A DNA stretch of 24,000 nucleotides from Sulfuriferula sp. (GCA_031291235.1 JARLJL010000022.1:458355-482354); one strand, 5' to 3'. Counted from the stretch's first letter, positions 9,047 to 16,353 are shown. Numbers and translations: made by a program. The notes: generated by a model not told the origin, from the letters alone.

Positions 9047-9063
9047 GTTAAGCATACGTTAAG
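9047..9063. promoter_or_regulatory. Putative PmrA/QseB-type response-regulator box
   Basis: GTTAAG-CATAC-GTTAAG (complement CTTAAC-N5-CTTAAC): direct hexamer repeat with 11-bp period, 53 bp upstream of the cytochrome/two-component operon. Confidence 0.5.
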
Positions 9064-9116
9064 AATGCGGGCGTAGATTCCATCTCCAGCAAGCACCTTG
9101 TTAAAGGAGGAAGAAG

Positions 9117-9746
9117 ATGGAAACCATTACCTATGAACGCCGCAAAATATATGACGGTATATTGCGGCTGATCCACGCCTGGAACGGCATCGCGATTCTG
9201 TTCATGATTATCACCGTGTTGATCTCCGGATTATTCGAGCACGGCCCCGGCGAAAAGACCGTGTGGCTGATACATATCTACGGCGGTTATGCCCTGGTCA
9301 CAGGACTGGTCGCGCGACTGGTGTGGGGTTTTGTCGGGCCCGCCCACGCACGATTTTCCGATATGTGGCACCCCAAAAACTGGTGGCAGGCACTGCGCTC
9401 GTTCAATCTGCGTAGCATGCCGCGCTTTGGTCACGACACACTGGCCAGCGCTGCCTATCTGACGATTTACGCCGTGCTGCTGATGATGGCGGCTACCGGA
9501 CTGTCCTTGGCCGCCGTTGAACACAGCATCGGCCCACTTGCGCCCTGGCTGGCTGATAGCATCTGGCTCAAAGACCTGTTCAAGGAACCCCATGAGTTCG
9601 GCTACAACGTGATTATCGCTTTTGTGGTCATACATATCGCCGCCTTGATCTGGCATGAATGGAAAGACAGAACGCCCACTGCACAGTCCATGGTGAGTGG
9701 TTACCAGTATCGCATCCAACCAACCGAGGAGAAACATCATGACTAA
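9117..9746 (+). CDS. Cytochrome b561-type / Ni,Fe-hydrogenase-like b-type cytochrome (209 aa)
   Basis: RIYDGILRLIHAWNGIAILFMIITVLISGLFEHG...HIYGGYALVTGLVARLVWGFVGPAHARF...VVIHIAALIWHEWKDR. Multi-TM with conserved His. AAAGGAGG-like RBS. Confidence 0.87.
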   Translation: METITYERRKIYDGILRLIHAWNGIAILFMIITVLISGLFEHGPGEKTVWLIHIYGGYALVTGLVARLVWGFVGPAHARFSDMWHPKNWWQALRSFNLRSMPRFGHDTLASAAYLTIYAVLLMMAATGLSLAAVEHSIGPLAPWLADSIWLKDLFKEPHEFGYNVIIAFVVIHIAALIWHEWKDRTPTAQSMVSGYQYRIQPTEEKHHD

Positions 9747-10146
9747 AACATTCTGGCTGATCTTGTTAATACTCAGCGCTAATGCGCAGGCGGCAAGCCC
9801 TGCCGAAGCACTGCAAGGCTACACCGCGCAGGCCAAACAGGAGAACCCAGCCTACAAGGCGCCGTCGGCGAGTAAAGGCGACGTGTTTTTCCACGCCACC
9901 CACCAGCTCGGCAACGGCACCAGCGTCAGCTGCGCCACTTGCCATACTGCCAATCCGAGACAGCCCGGCAAAACCCGCGCCAACAAGGAAATTCTGCCGA
10001 TGGCGCCCAGCGCCAATACGCAGCGCTTCACCGATGCGGCGAAGACGGAAAAGTGGTTCCGTCGCAATTGTCAGGACGTACTGGAACGCACCTGCACTGC
10101 GCAGGAAAAAAGCGATTTCATTGCTTACCTACTCTCGGTTAAATAA
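9739..10146 (+). CDS. c-type cytochrome, DUF1924/SHP (sphaeroides haem protein)-like
   Basis: Signal peptide, then FFHATHQLGNGTSVSCATCHTANPRQPGKTRANKEILPMAPSANTQRFTDAAKTEKWFRRNCQDVLERTCTAQEKSDFIAYLLS. Start at 9739 overlaps the previous stop. Confidence 0.85.
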   Translation: MTKTFWLILLILSANAQAASPAEALQGYTAQAKQENPAYKAPSASKGDVFFHATHQLGNGTSVSCATCHTANPRQPGKTRANKEILPMAPSANTQRFTDAAKTEKWFRRNCQDVLERTCTAQEKSDFIAYLLSVK

Positions 10147-10158
10147 CAAGGAGCGATC

Positions 10159-10677
10159 ATGTTTACACGCAAACTACTACAAGCAGGCCTGTTATTCGGC
10201 GCAATTTTTACCACCGGTTATTTGCTGGCAGACGACCACGAAGGCGGCGGCAGCCGTTCTCTTGCCCCAGTCACCCAACCCAAGTGGCAGGCCGAATGCG
10301 CCAGTTGCCACATGCTCTATCACCCAGGACTGCTGCCAGAACGCTCCTGGCGCAAGCTGATGGGCGGACTGGATAAGCATTTCGGCGAGAATGCCAGCCT
10401 GGACAAACTGACGCAGCAGGAGATACTGCAGTTTCTGGTGGCCAATAGTGCCGACCACAACGGCTCGCGACGCTCGGAAAAAATCGCCAGCTCGATCCCG
10501 GCGCAAGCCACGCCGTTGCGCATTACAGAAACCGCGTATTTCCAGCACAAGCATGACGAGATCAGTGCATCAGTATGGAAACGCCCGAAAATCGGCAGTC
10601 AGTCCAATTGCATCGCCTGTCACAGCGGTGCGGAAAAGGGTAATTTTTCCGAGGACTATGTACGCATTCCGCGCTAA
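10159..10677 (+). CDS. Diheme cytochrome c (DHC-like, 172 aa)
   Basis: Two CxxCH motifs (CASCH, CIACH), signal peptide and LAPVTQPKWQAECASCHMLYHPGLLPERSWRKLMGGLDKHFGENASLD. Confidence 0.88.
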   Translation: MFTRKLLQAGLLFGAIFTTGYLLADDHEGGGSRSLAPVTQPKWQAECASCHMLYHPGLLPERSWRKLMGGLDKHFGENASLDKLTQQEILQFLVANSADHNGSRRSEKIASSIPAQATPLRITETAYFQHKHDEISASVWKRPKIGSQSNCIACHSGAEKGNFSEDYVRIPR

Positions 10678-10717
10678 CGCTGGTAATCTACCCGGATAAA
10701 CCGCCAACGGAATCCAA

Positions 10718-11386
10718 ATGCGCTTACTACTGGTTGAAGACGATGCGATGCTGGGCGACGGAGTACGCGCCGGACTCACTCAAGAAGGCTTTACCGTCGA
10801 CTGGGTGCAGGACGGCGCGGCAGCGCAGCTCGCCATCCGCACGGAACCCTACGCGCTGACGATACTGGATCTGGGCCTGCCCAAGCTGGCTGGACTGGAT
10901 CTGCTCAAACAGTTGCGGCATGCCGGTAACACCATGCCCGTACTCATCCTCACCGCCCGCGACACCGTAGTGGATCGCGTCCTGGGGCTGGACAGCGGCG
11001 CGGACGACTACCTCATCAAACCCTTCGACCTGGACGAACTGGCCGCACGCATCCGCGCCCTGCTGCGCCGCAATACCGGCCGCGCCACGCCGCAAATCCG
11101 GCATGGCGATATCGTACTCGACCCTGCCGCCCATGCCGTCACTGCATCCGGTATGCCGGTTGAATTATCCACCCGCGAATTCGCAGTGTTGCAGACCTTG
11201 CTCGAAAGTGCCGGCCGCGTGCTGTCCCGCGAGCAACTGGAGCAGCAGCTCTATGGCTGGAACGAGGAAGTGGAAAGCAATACGATAGAAGTCCACATCC
11301 ACCACCTGCGCAAAAAACTCGGTTCGGATTTAATCCGCACAGTGCGCGGTGTAGGTTACATGGTAGACAAGCCGCATGAACATTGA
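10718..11386 (+). CDS. OmpR/QseB-type response regulator (222 aa)
   Basis: MRLLLVEDDAMLGDGVRAGLTQEGFTVDWVQDG...LTILDLGLPKLAGLDLL...KPFDLDELAARIRALLRR and a C-terminal winged helix EVESNTIEVHIHHLRKKLGSDLIRTVRGVGYM. Confidence 0.95.
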   Translation: MRLLLVEDDAMLGDGVRAGLTQEGFTVDWVQDGAAAQLAIRTEPYALTILDLGLPKLAGLDLLKQLRHAGNTMPVLILTARDTVVDRVLGLDSGADDYLIKPFDLDELAARIRALLRRNTGRATPQIRHGDIVLDPAAHAVTASGMPVELSTREFAVLQTLLESAGRVLSREQLEQQLYGWNEEVESNTIEVHIHHLRKKLGSDLIRTVRGVGYMVDKPHEH

Positions 11387-12728
11387 AACCAAATCCGTCT
11401 CCATCCGCCGCCGCCTGCTGGTACTGATAATGGCGACCGTCGTCGGGCTCTGGGCAATCACTGCAGTGATGAGCTACATCACCACACATCACGAAATCGA
11501 CGAACTGTTTGACGCACAACTGGTGCAGTCCGCGCGCGTACTGCTTGCCCAGACAACGCATGACACTGAAGAAACTGAAATCGAGTACGACGATCAGTAC
11601 CACAAATACGAGAAAAAACTTGCGTTTCAGATATGGAATAGAGATAACGAATTACTGCTACGCTCCGACAGCGCGCCCTTATCGCCCTTATCCACAAACA
11701 CTGACGGATTTAGCGATGTCCATATTAACGGCCAGCCCTGGCGCATTTTCTCGCGCTGGGATGCCCATCATGAATTGCAGATACAAGTGGGGGAACGCCA
11801 CGACGTACGTAACGAACTGGTACAGGGTATTGCACTGCAACTGCTCTACCCCATGCTGTTCGCTCTACCAGTGTTGGCTTTCCTGATCTGGATCAGCATC
11901 GGTCGGGGACTGTCTCCGCTGAAACGGGTAGCGCACGATGTCGCGCAAAGAGCACCGCAGCATTTAACCACGCTGGACACCACCAGCATTCCAGCAGAAA
12001 TCCAGCCACTGACCGATGCGTTGAATGGTCTGTTTGAGCGATTGCAACAAGCATTCGAACATGAACGCCAGTTTACCGCTGATGCCGCCCATGAACTACG
12101 TACACCACTAGCTGCATTAAAAATCCAGGCACAGGTCGCCCAGCGCGCTACTGACGACACTACCCGTCAGCGCGCGCTGGAGCAACTGGTCCTGGGCACT
12201 GACCGCGCCACCCATCTGGTGGGACAACTGCTGACTCTGGCGCGACTGGACCCGGAACAAGGTCTGGTCAAACGTGAACCGGTCGACCTGCAAAGTCTGG
12301 CGGTAAGCGTATTGGGGCAACTGGCACCCGAAGCCATTGCCAAAGACATAGATTTGAGCCTGGTGCCTGGATCACCGATCAAGGTAGCCGGAGACAGCGA
12401 CGCATTAGGCGTGCTCCTGCGCAACCTAGTGGATAACGCTATCCGCTACACCCCGCAAAACGGCAAGGTAAGCGTAGAAATCGCGCAACAGGACAGCCAT
12501 ATTCTGTTGCGCATATCCGACTCCGGGCCTGGTATTTCCGAATTGGAACGCCAACACGTGTTCAAGCGCTTTTACAGGGGTTTAGGCACTAGTGCTACTG
12601 GCAGTGGGCTGGGGCTGTCTATCGCGCAGCGAATTGCCGAACTACATGACGCCGTTATTGCATTTGACACCCCGAAAAACGGCACGGGCTTATGTGTCTC
12701 GGTGAATTTTCAGCAAAACACGATATAA
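11376..12728 (+). CDS. QseC-type sensor histidine kinase (450 aa)
   Basis: RQFTADAAHELRTPLAALKIQAQVAQRA (H-box), LLRNLVDNAIRYTPQNGKVSV (N-box), DSGPGI, GTSATGSGLGLSIAQRIAELH. Overlaps the regulator by 11 bp. Confidence 0.95.
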   Translation: MNIETKSVSIRRRLLVLIMATVVGLWAITAVMSYITTHHEIDELFDAQLVQSARVLLAQTTHDTEETEIEYDDQYHKYEKKLAFQIWNRDNELLLRSDSAPLSPLSTNTDGFSDVHINGQPWRIFSRWDAHHELQIQVGERHDVRNELVQGIALQLLYPMLFALPVLAFLIWISIGRGLSPLKRVAHDVAQRAPQHLTTLDTTSIPAEIQPLTDALNGLFERLQQAFEHERQFTADAAHELRTPLAALKIQAQVAQRATDDTTRQRALEQLVLGTDRATHLVGQLLTLARLDPEQGLVKREPVDLQSLAVSVLGQLAPEAIAKDIDLSLVPGSPIKVAGDSDALGVLLRNLVDNAIRYTPQNGKVSVEIAQQDSHILLRISDSGPGISELERQHVFKRFYRGLGTSATGSGLGLSIAQRIAELHDAVIAFDTPKNGTGLCVSVNFQQNTI

Positions 12729-12844
12729 AACCCAACGCAATTACCGTGCGTGCTTCATCAGCTTTCCCCTCATAATGAAGGCAGGTCCAGCAAAGATGCG
12801 CCAATCGCGGCAATGCTGCATTGCTAGCACCCTGTTTTCAAAAG

Positions 12845-12922
12845 CCGTAACGTGAAGCTAAGGGGCGCGCCAAAGGCGCGTCCCAGCGACCAAAGGGAGC
12901 GAACTTGAGCGTAGGGTTAGCC
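12845..12922 (-). other. attC6 (terminal, most divergent attC)
   Basis: + strand CCGTAAC...GTTAGCC (R' is GTTACGG, off consensus), with the same GTG-A/GAGCTAAGGGGCG core as attC5 but a longer variable loop. Confidence 0.75.
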
Positions 12923-13405
12923 CACACGTTTTCGGACCCCAGCATAGGAAAATATGGGTACGCAGACAAGCACCAATAATAAACCAGCCAAGCGTTCGCC
13001 AAGATACTCACTTGCATTTCCCCAAACATGAACACTAGGTTCACTGGGAATATATGTGACAAGCCCTGAATCTCCCGCCTTTATTGCCTCGCACGTTGGA
13101 TTGCCATATCCATCAGAGCCTAGCTCATTAACGATAGTGGTGCCGACCGAGAACTGATAGCGAATATGGTGCTTTTCACCTTGCCGACAATCAACTTCGA
13201 CTACTCGTGCGGGAGCACTAATGCCTGAAGTTGTTAACCAGAGGTAAGGCAGCATGTTGCCAAGAAACATGGCGAACACAGATGCCGTAGTGACGATTGC
13301 AATTGCGAGGGGTGAATGTTGCCGATAGTACCAATACAACCCTAACGCCACGCCAACAGAGCCCAAGGAAAATAGGAGAATCTGAAATACGTTCAGGATG
13401 TTCAT
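12917..13405 (-). CDS. Cassette 6: membrane protein (162 aa)
   Basis: MNILNVFQILLFSLGSVGVALGLYWYYRQHSPLAIAIVTTASVFAMFLGNMLPYLWLTTSG, soluble segment, then LAGLLLVLVCVPIFSYAGVRKRVG. ATG 12 nt after the GTTAGCC core; stop overlaps attC6 R''. Confidence 0.85.
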   Translation of the reverse strand: MNILNVFQILLFSLGSVGVALGLYWYYRQHSPLAIAIVTTASVFAMFLGNMLPYLWLTTSGISAPARVVEVDCRQGEKHHIRYQFSVGTTIVNELGSDGYGNPTCEAIKAGDSGLVTYIPSEPSVHVWGNASEYLGERLAGLLLVLVCVPIFSYAGVRKRVG

Positions 13406-13410
13406 GTGGG

Positions 13411-13470
13411 GGCTAACGTGGAGCTAAGGGGCGCCGCTTCGCGGCGTCCCGCTTGAGCGTAGGGTTAGGC
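13411..13470 (-). other. attC5 (60 bp)
   Basis: + strand GGCTAAC-GTGGAGCTAAGGGGCGCCGCTTCGCGGCGTCCCGCTTGAGCGTAGG-GTTAGGC. Canonical R'/R'' with a GGGGCGCCGC/GCGGCGTCCC stem. Confidence 0.92.
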
Positions 13471-13488
13471 AGACGTTGATGCATACGA

Positions 13489-13782
13489 TTACTCTCCATA
13501 TGTATTGAGAGCCAAGAATACACCAATGTAAAGCGAAACGAACGTAGCCAAACCTGCGCAGAATACCCACAACCCCTCTCGATATAAAGCCGAAGCTAAC
13601 CATTTTGTTTTTAGAAGAACCAAGAGATATGCAGCAAACGCAAGAATCGAAGAAACACCAAGCCAGAGAGCCATCAAAAAACCAGAAGGCAAGTTGAGGC
13701 CAAAGAATTTAGTGCCATATGCCGTAAAGAGGAAAGCGACATGAATGCAGGCGACCAAAACGATTTGCGCAATCAACTTCAT
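13489..13782 (-). CDS. Cassette 5: small membrane protein (97 aa)
   Basis: MKLIAQIVLVACIHVAFLFTAYGTKFFGLNLPSGFLMALWLGVSSILAFAAYLLVLLKTKWLASALYREGLWVFCAGLATFVSLYIGVFLALNTYGE. ATG just after the GTTAGGC core. Confidence 0.82.
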   Translation of the reverse strand: MKLIAQIVLVACIHVAFLFTAYGTKFFGLNLPSGFLMALWLGVSSILAFAAYLLVLLKTKWLASALYREGLWVFCAGLATFVSLYIGVFLALNTYGE

Positions 13783-13790
13783 GGGGGTAT

Positions 13791-13857
13791 GCCTAACGTT
13801 TGAATTGAGCGGCCTGCGCGGCTTTTCGCGCAGGTCCGCTCGAATGATGGGTTGGGC
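13791..13857 (-). other. attC4 (67 bp)
   Basis: + strand GCCTAAC-GTTTGAATTGAGCGGCCTGCGCGGCTTTTCGCGCAGGTCCGCTCGAATGATGG-GTTGGGC. Confidence 0.92.
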
Positions 13858-13890
13858 ACATGGTCTCTCAGTTTCCTTTTCGCTTGGCTT

Positions 13891-14118
13891 TCACAAGCTC
13901 ATCAGCGGGCTAAGCCCGGAAGGGAGGTGGCGCTCCCAAAACACGATGACGTGGTTGATGATACGTTTTGCATATGCCATTACCTCACAAACTGCCTTCT
14001 TGACCATAAGCAAACCCTCCTTTCGAGTTGAAGATAGACGAGCAATTACTTCCGTGATTACAAATCCTAGCCAGAAGCTGGTAGGGCCAATAACTACATG
14101 AATAAAGCCTGCCATCAT
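13891..14118 (-). CDS. Cassette 4: hypothetical protein (75 aa)
   Basis: MMAGFIHVVIGPTSFWLGFVITEVIARLSSTRKEGLLMVKKAVCEVMAYAKRIINHVIVFWERHLPSGLSPLMSL. Largest minus-strand ORF in this cassette. Weak coding evidence. Confidence 0.45.
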   Translation of the reverse strand: MMAGFIHVVIGPTSFWLGFVITEVIARLSSTRKEGLLMVKKAVCEVMAYAKRIINHVIVFWERHLPSGLSPLMSL

Positions 14119-14193
14119 CAGTCTCAGGAGGCCACCTCTGAGAGACGCACGATTGTGCGTTTCGGCATTTCAAAACGGTACGGCGAGTAATGT

Positions 14194-14259
14194 GCCCAAC
14201 GTGGAGCTAACCCGCCTGCGCGGCTTTTTGCGCAGGTCGGGTTGAGCGCAGGGTTAGGC
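14194..14259 (-). other. attC3 (66 bp)
   Basis: + strand GCCCAAC-GTGGAGCTAACCCGCCTGCGCGGCTTTTTGCGCAGGTCGGGTTGAGCGCAGG-GTTAGGC. Confidence 0.93.
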
Positions 14260-14286
14260 GAATGTGGCTCCGAAAGTAAGGCACTT

Positions 14287-15027
14287 TTAACCAACCAGTT
14301 TGTGTTGGAAGGCGTAATGTCTTCCTTTGTCGGTTAGGTAAAGGCTCTTAATAATGTCTTGCTTAACTAGCCCAAGAGCTACGGCTTCTTTGATAGTGAT
14401 ATCAAGCAGAAGCCTTGACGCTTTCGAATTGCGAACGATTTTATCGTAGGAGATGTAGTCCAATGTGTGCGACTCAAAGTCTCGAATTATCAGTGTCATC
14501 AATTCGAGAACAGCGTCTGCGGATTTTTCGGCTGGTGTTTCTTGTGGCGGCGTGAAAGGATTATTCCCAATTGGGGGCTTTTTGAAAAGCGGAGAGCCCA
14601 CCAAAGTTCGAACTAGTTCATCGAATGAGAATTCTGCTTCATCATCCTTGGAAAAATCGACGAATAGCTTCGTTTTGAGAAAAGTGGGTACGTTTCTTGT
14701 GCCAGCTTGCCTGATGATCGGAATGACCTTATTGGAGTCAATTGACTTTAACAGGTCTGAAGTGACGATCATTTTTTCATATCCAACGCCACCGACTCCT
14801 GAATTTGCCTTTTCAACATACTTGTCAGTGCAAATCATTAGAACTCTGTTGGCAGCTGCCAAATTTTGCTCCATAAAGTGTGTCAAGTCGTCTCCAGGCT
14901 GGAGTTCCCACTGATCTAGGATTGCATCGATACCAGAGTTTCTAAGCCTGATGGCGAAGTCCATCACCCATTTTTTGTGGACTTGCGAGTCGTGTGAATA
15001 CGAAATAAAAACTCGTGGGATTGTCAT
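14287..15027 (-). CDS. Cassette 3: TIR/SEFIR-domain protein with small C-terminal domain (246 aa)
   Basis: MTIPRVFISYSHDSQVHKKWVMDFAIRLRNSGIDAILDQWELQPGDDLTHFMEQNLAAANRVLMICTDKYVEKANSGVGGVGYEKMIVT is the TIR_2/SEFIR signature. A C-terminal winged-helix-like tail follows a linker. Confidence 0.9.
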   Translation of the reverse strand: MTIPRVFISYSHDSQVHKKWVMDFAIRLRNSGIDAILDQWELQPGDDLTHFMEQNLAAANRVLMICTDKYVEKANSGVGGVGYEKMIVTSDLLKSIDSNKVIPIIRQAGTRNVPTFLKTKLFVDFSKDDEAEFSFDELVRTLVGSPLFKKPPIGNNPFTPPQETPAEKSADAVLELMTLIIRDFESHTLDYISYDKIVRNSKASRLLLDITIKEAVALGLVKQDIIKSLYLTDKGRHYAFQHKLVG

Positions 15028-15061
15028 GTGTAAGTACTTTCAGAAACCTGTATCTGAGATT

Positions 15062-15129
15062 TCCTAACGACTGAATTCACCGGACCTGCGCGGCTTTTCG
15101 CGCAGGTCCGGTGGAATGAGGGGTTAGTC
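15062..15129 (-). other. attC2 (68 bp)
   Basis: + strand TCCTAAC-GACTGAATTCACCGGACCTGCGCGGCTTTTCGCGCAGGTCCGGTGGAATGAGGG-GTTAGTC. Long perfect stem. Confidence 0.93.
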
Positions 15130-15609
15130 TTTTGGAGAAGGACCGTCATTGACGCCACCGGCTTTATCGGCCATGGAAGCGGGTTCATCCCCCCCTTCAT
15201 CCCCCCCTTCATCCCCCCCTTCATCCTCCCCTTCATCCTCCTCTTCAAGCGACAGAACATCAGGTGGGATGCGTTGACGGATTTTCTTGCACAACTCCTT
15301 AACCTCGCTTCTGGCTCGCCACCACGCAATCATGAGGTACGCGCCAAGCAAGATTCCTACCACGGCAATAATGATGAACGTAGTTTCGATAGACCGGTTT
15401 GCAAAGGTGGCTGTTTCAAGAGACGCGATTGCTGAGAATGCGAGCGATAGAAGAAAAATGGCGAAGTTCAGCTGTAGGTCTGCTGGAGTTCCTTTTTCCA
15501 GCGCGTCAAGCTCAGTGTCCTTGATCTCATAGAGATCGACCGATTCGACTCTACCCCTTCGCACACGAAGGGGTGTGCTGTCGTCAAGTTGTTTGTTGTT
15601 CTGGGCCAT
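15124..15609 (-). CDS. Cassette 2, gene B: 2-TM membrane protein with acidic Gly/Asp/Glu tail
   Basis: MAQNNKQLDDSTPLRVRRGRVESVDLYEIKDTELDALEKGTPADLQLNFAIFLLSLAFSAIASLETA...TTFIIIAVVGILLGAYLMIAWWRARSEVKELCKKIRQR...EEEDEGEDEGGDEGGDEGGDEPASM. Alternative in-frame start at 15633 overlaps gene A. Stop lies in attC2 R''. Confidence 0.85.
   Translation of the reverse strand: MAQNNKQLDDSTPLRVRRGRVESVDLYEIKDTELDALEKGTPADLQLNFAIFLLSLAFSAIASLETATFANRSIETTFIIIAVVGILLGAYLMIAWWRARSEVKELCKKIRQRIPPDVLSLEEEDEGEDEGGDEGGDEGGDEPASMADKAGGVNDGPSPKD
15184..15243. repeat. Five-unit 12-bp tandem repeat (TTCATCCCCCCC and variants)
   Basis: TTCATCCCCCCC x3, TTCATCCTCCCC, TTCATCCTCCTC. On the coding (minus) strand it encodes the GGDE/GEDE-type acidic tail. 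Confidence 0.9.
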
Positions 15610-15611
15610 GG

Positions 15612-15881
15612 CTATAGGTTCTTCTTCAGCCATTCGCTATGTTTGGAACTGATAGCACTACGCCACGCTGCTTCAGTCCCGGAGCGGATAACGAACAATC
15701 TATCTCCAGAAGCCAACACCTCTTTTAGGTGGTCGCGAATTTCAGCAGCTTTTTGGTCCGTGACGATCGCCCAACAGGTGTTATTAATCGGACAGTACTT
15801 CGGGTACGTCTTAAGACGCTCCCGTAAGCTCTGCCGAACAGCAAGCTGTTTTGCTTGAAAAGAAACGATGTAACAGGTCAT
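15612..15881 (-). CDS. Cassette 2, gene A: SinR/Cas2-like small protein (89 aa)
   Basis: MTCYIVSFQAKQLAVRQSLRERLKTYPKYCPINNTCWAIVTDQKAAEIRDHLKEVLASGDRLFVIRSGTEAAWRSAISSKHSEWLKKNL resembles 'SinR family' Cas2/VapD-fold proteins (Y-I-V-S start, T-W-x-V-x-T...I-R-D-x-L...D-x-L-x-V...G-x-A-A-W). Confidence 0.75.
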   Translation of the reverse strand: MTCYIVSFQAKQLAVRQSLRERLKTYPKYCPINNTCWAIVTDQKAAEIRDHLKEVLASGDRLFVIRSGTEAAWRSAISSKHSEWLKKNL

Positions 15882-15912
15882 TGTATAAATGTACCGTGTA
15901 TTTTGTACATAA

Positions 15913-15982
15913 GGCTAACGTGGTGGTAACCGGCGCTGCGCGGCTTTATCGCGCAGCGTCCGTGTTGACCGCAGGGTTAGAC
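15913..15982 (-). other. attC1 (70 bp)
   Basis: + strand GGCTAAC-GTGGTGGTAACCGGCGCTGCGCGGCTTTATCGCGCAGCGTCCGTGTTGACCGCAGG-GTTAGAC. Confidence 0.93.
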
Positions 15983-16048
15983 CTCTGGCGGCCGCAAAGA
16001 AAGCGTTGCGCCTGCGCGATGAAGCTAGAGAGCCGATAAGTTTGCGCA

Positions 16049-16348
16049 CTAGCTCTCCTCGGTTCCCGCAACCAAGCGTTCAACCGTAGCCAAGAAGGCA
16101 GGCATTTCACTGAAACTCCCACCAAACCGTTCTCGAACCAAAGGCCCTTGATCCTTCCATTGGCCGGGAGCGCTTTCCACTTGAAGGAGACCGTGCCTCT
16201 CCTTTCCATCCCACACCAGGCGGAATCTCGGACCGCGCCCGGCAAATACGGCATAGGCAGAACCAAACGCCTCGGGGTTCAAGTGTTCTTCCACCAAGGT
16301 TCCACCTGCGCCACGGACAACTTCGCGGAGAGACGAGTACGCGTGCAT
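16049..16348 (-). CDS. Cassette 1: hypothetical integron cassette protein (99 aa)
   Basis: MHAYSSLREVVRGAGGTLVEEHLNPEAFGSAYAVFAGRGPRFRLVWDGKERHGLLQVESAPGQWKDQGPLVRERFGGSFSEMPAFLATVERLVAGTEES. ATG 5 nt after the attI core GTTAGAC. Confidence 0.78.
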   Translation of the reverse strand: MHAYSSLREVVRGAGGTLVEEHLNPEAFGSAYAVFAGRGPRFRLVWDGKERHGLLQVESAPGQWKDQGPLVRERFGGSFSEMPAFLATVERLVAGTEES

Positions 16349-16353
16349 AAGAG

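Noticed and set aside
9782-10360. 192-aa ORF overlapping the DUF1924 and diheme cytochrome genes
   Set aside because: Arg/Pro/Thr-rich out-of-frame translation. The two cytochrome genes in other frames have signal peptides and CxxCH motifs.
14465-14914. 149-aa plus-strand ORF opposite the TIR/SEFIR cassette gene
   Set aside because: Antisense to a clear TIR/SEFIR domain. Its orientation also opposes the cassette array.
15287-15532. 81-aa plus-strand ORF in cassette 2
   Set aside because: Antisense to the 2-TM protein and opposite to cassette orientation. No start or RBS context.
12845-15982. Regularly spaced GC-rich palindromes as a possible CRISPR array
   Set aside because: Spacing is irregular (hundreds of bp, with ORFs between) and the repeats have R'/R'' integron cores rather than direct-repeat/spacer structure.
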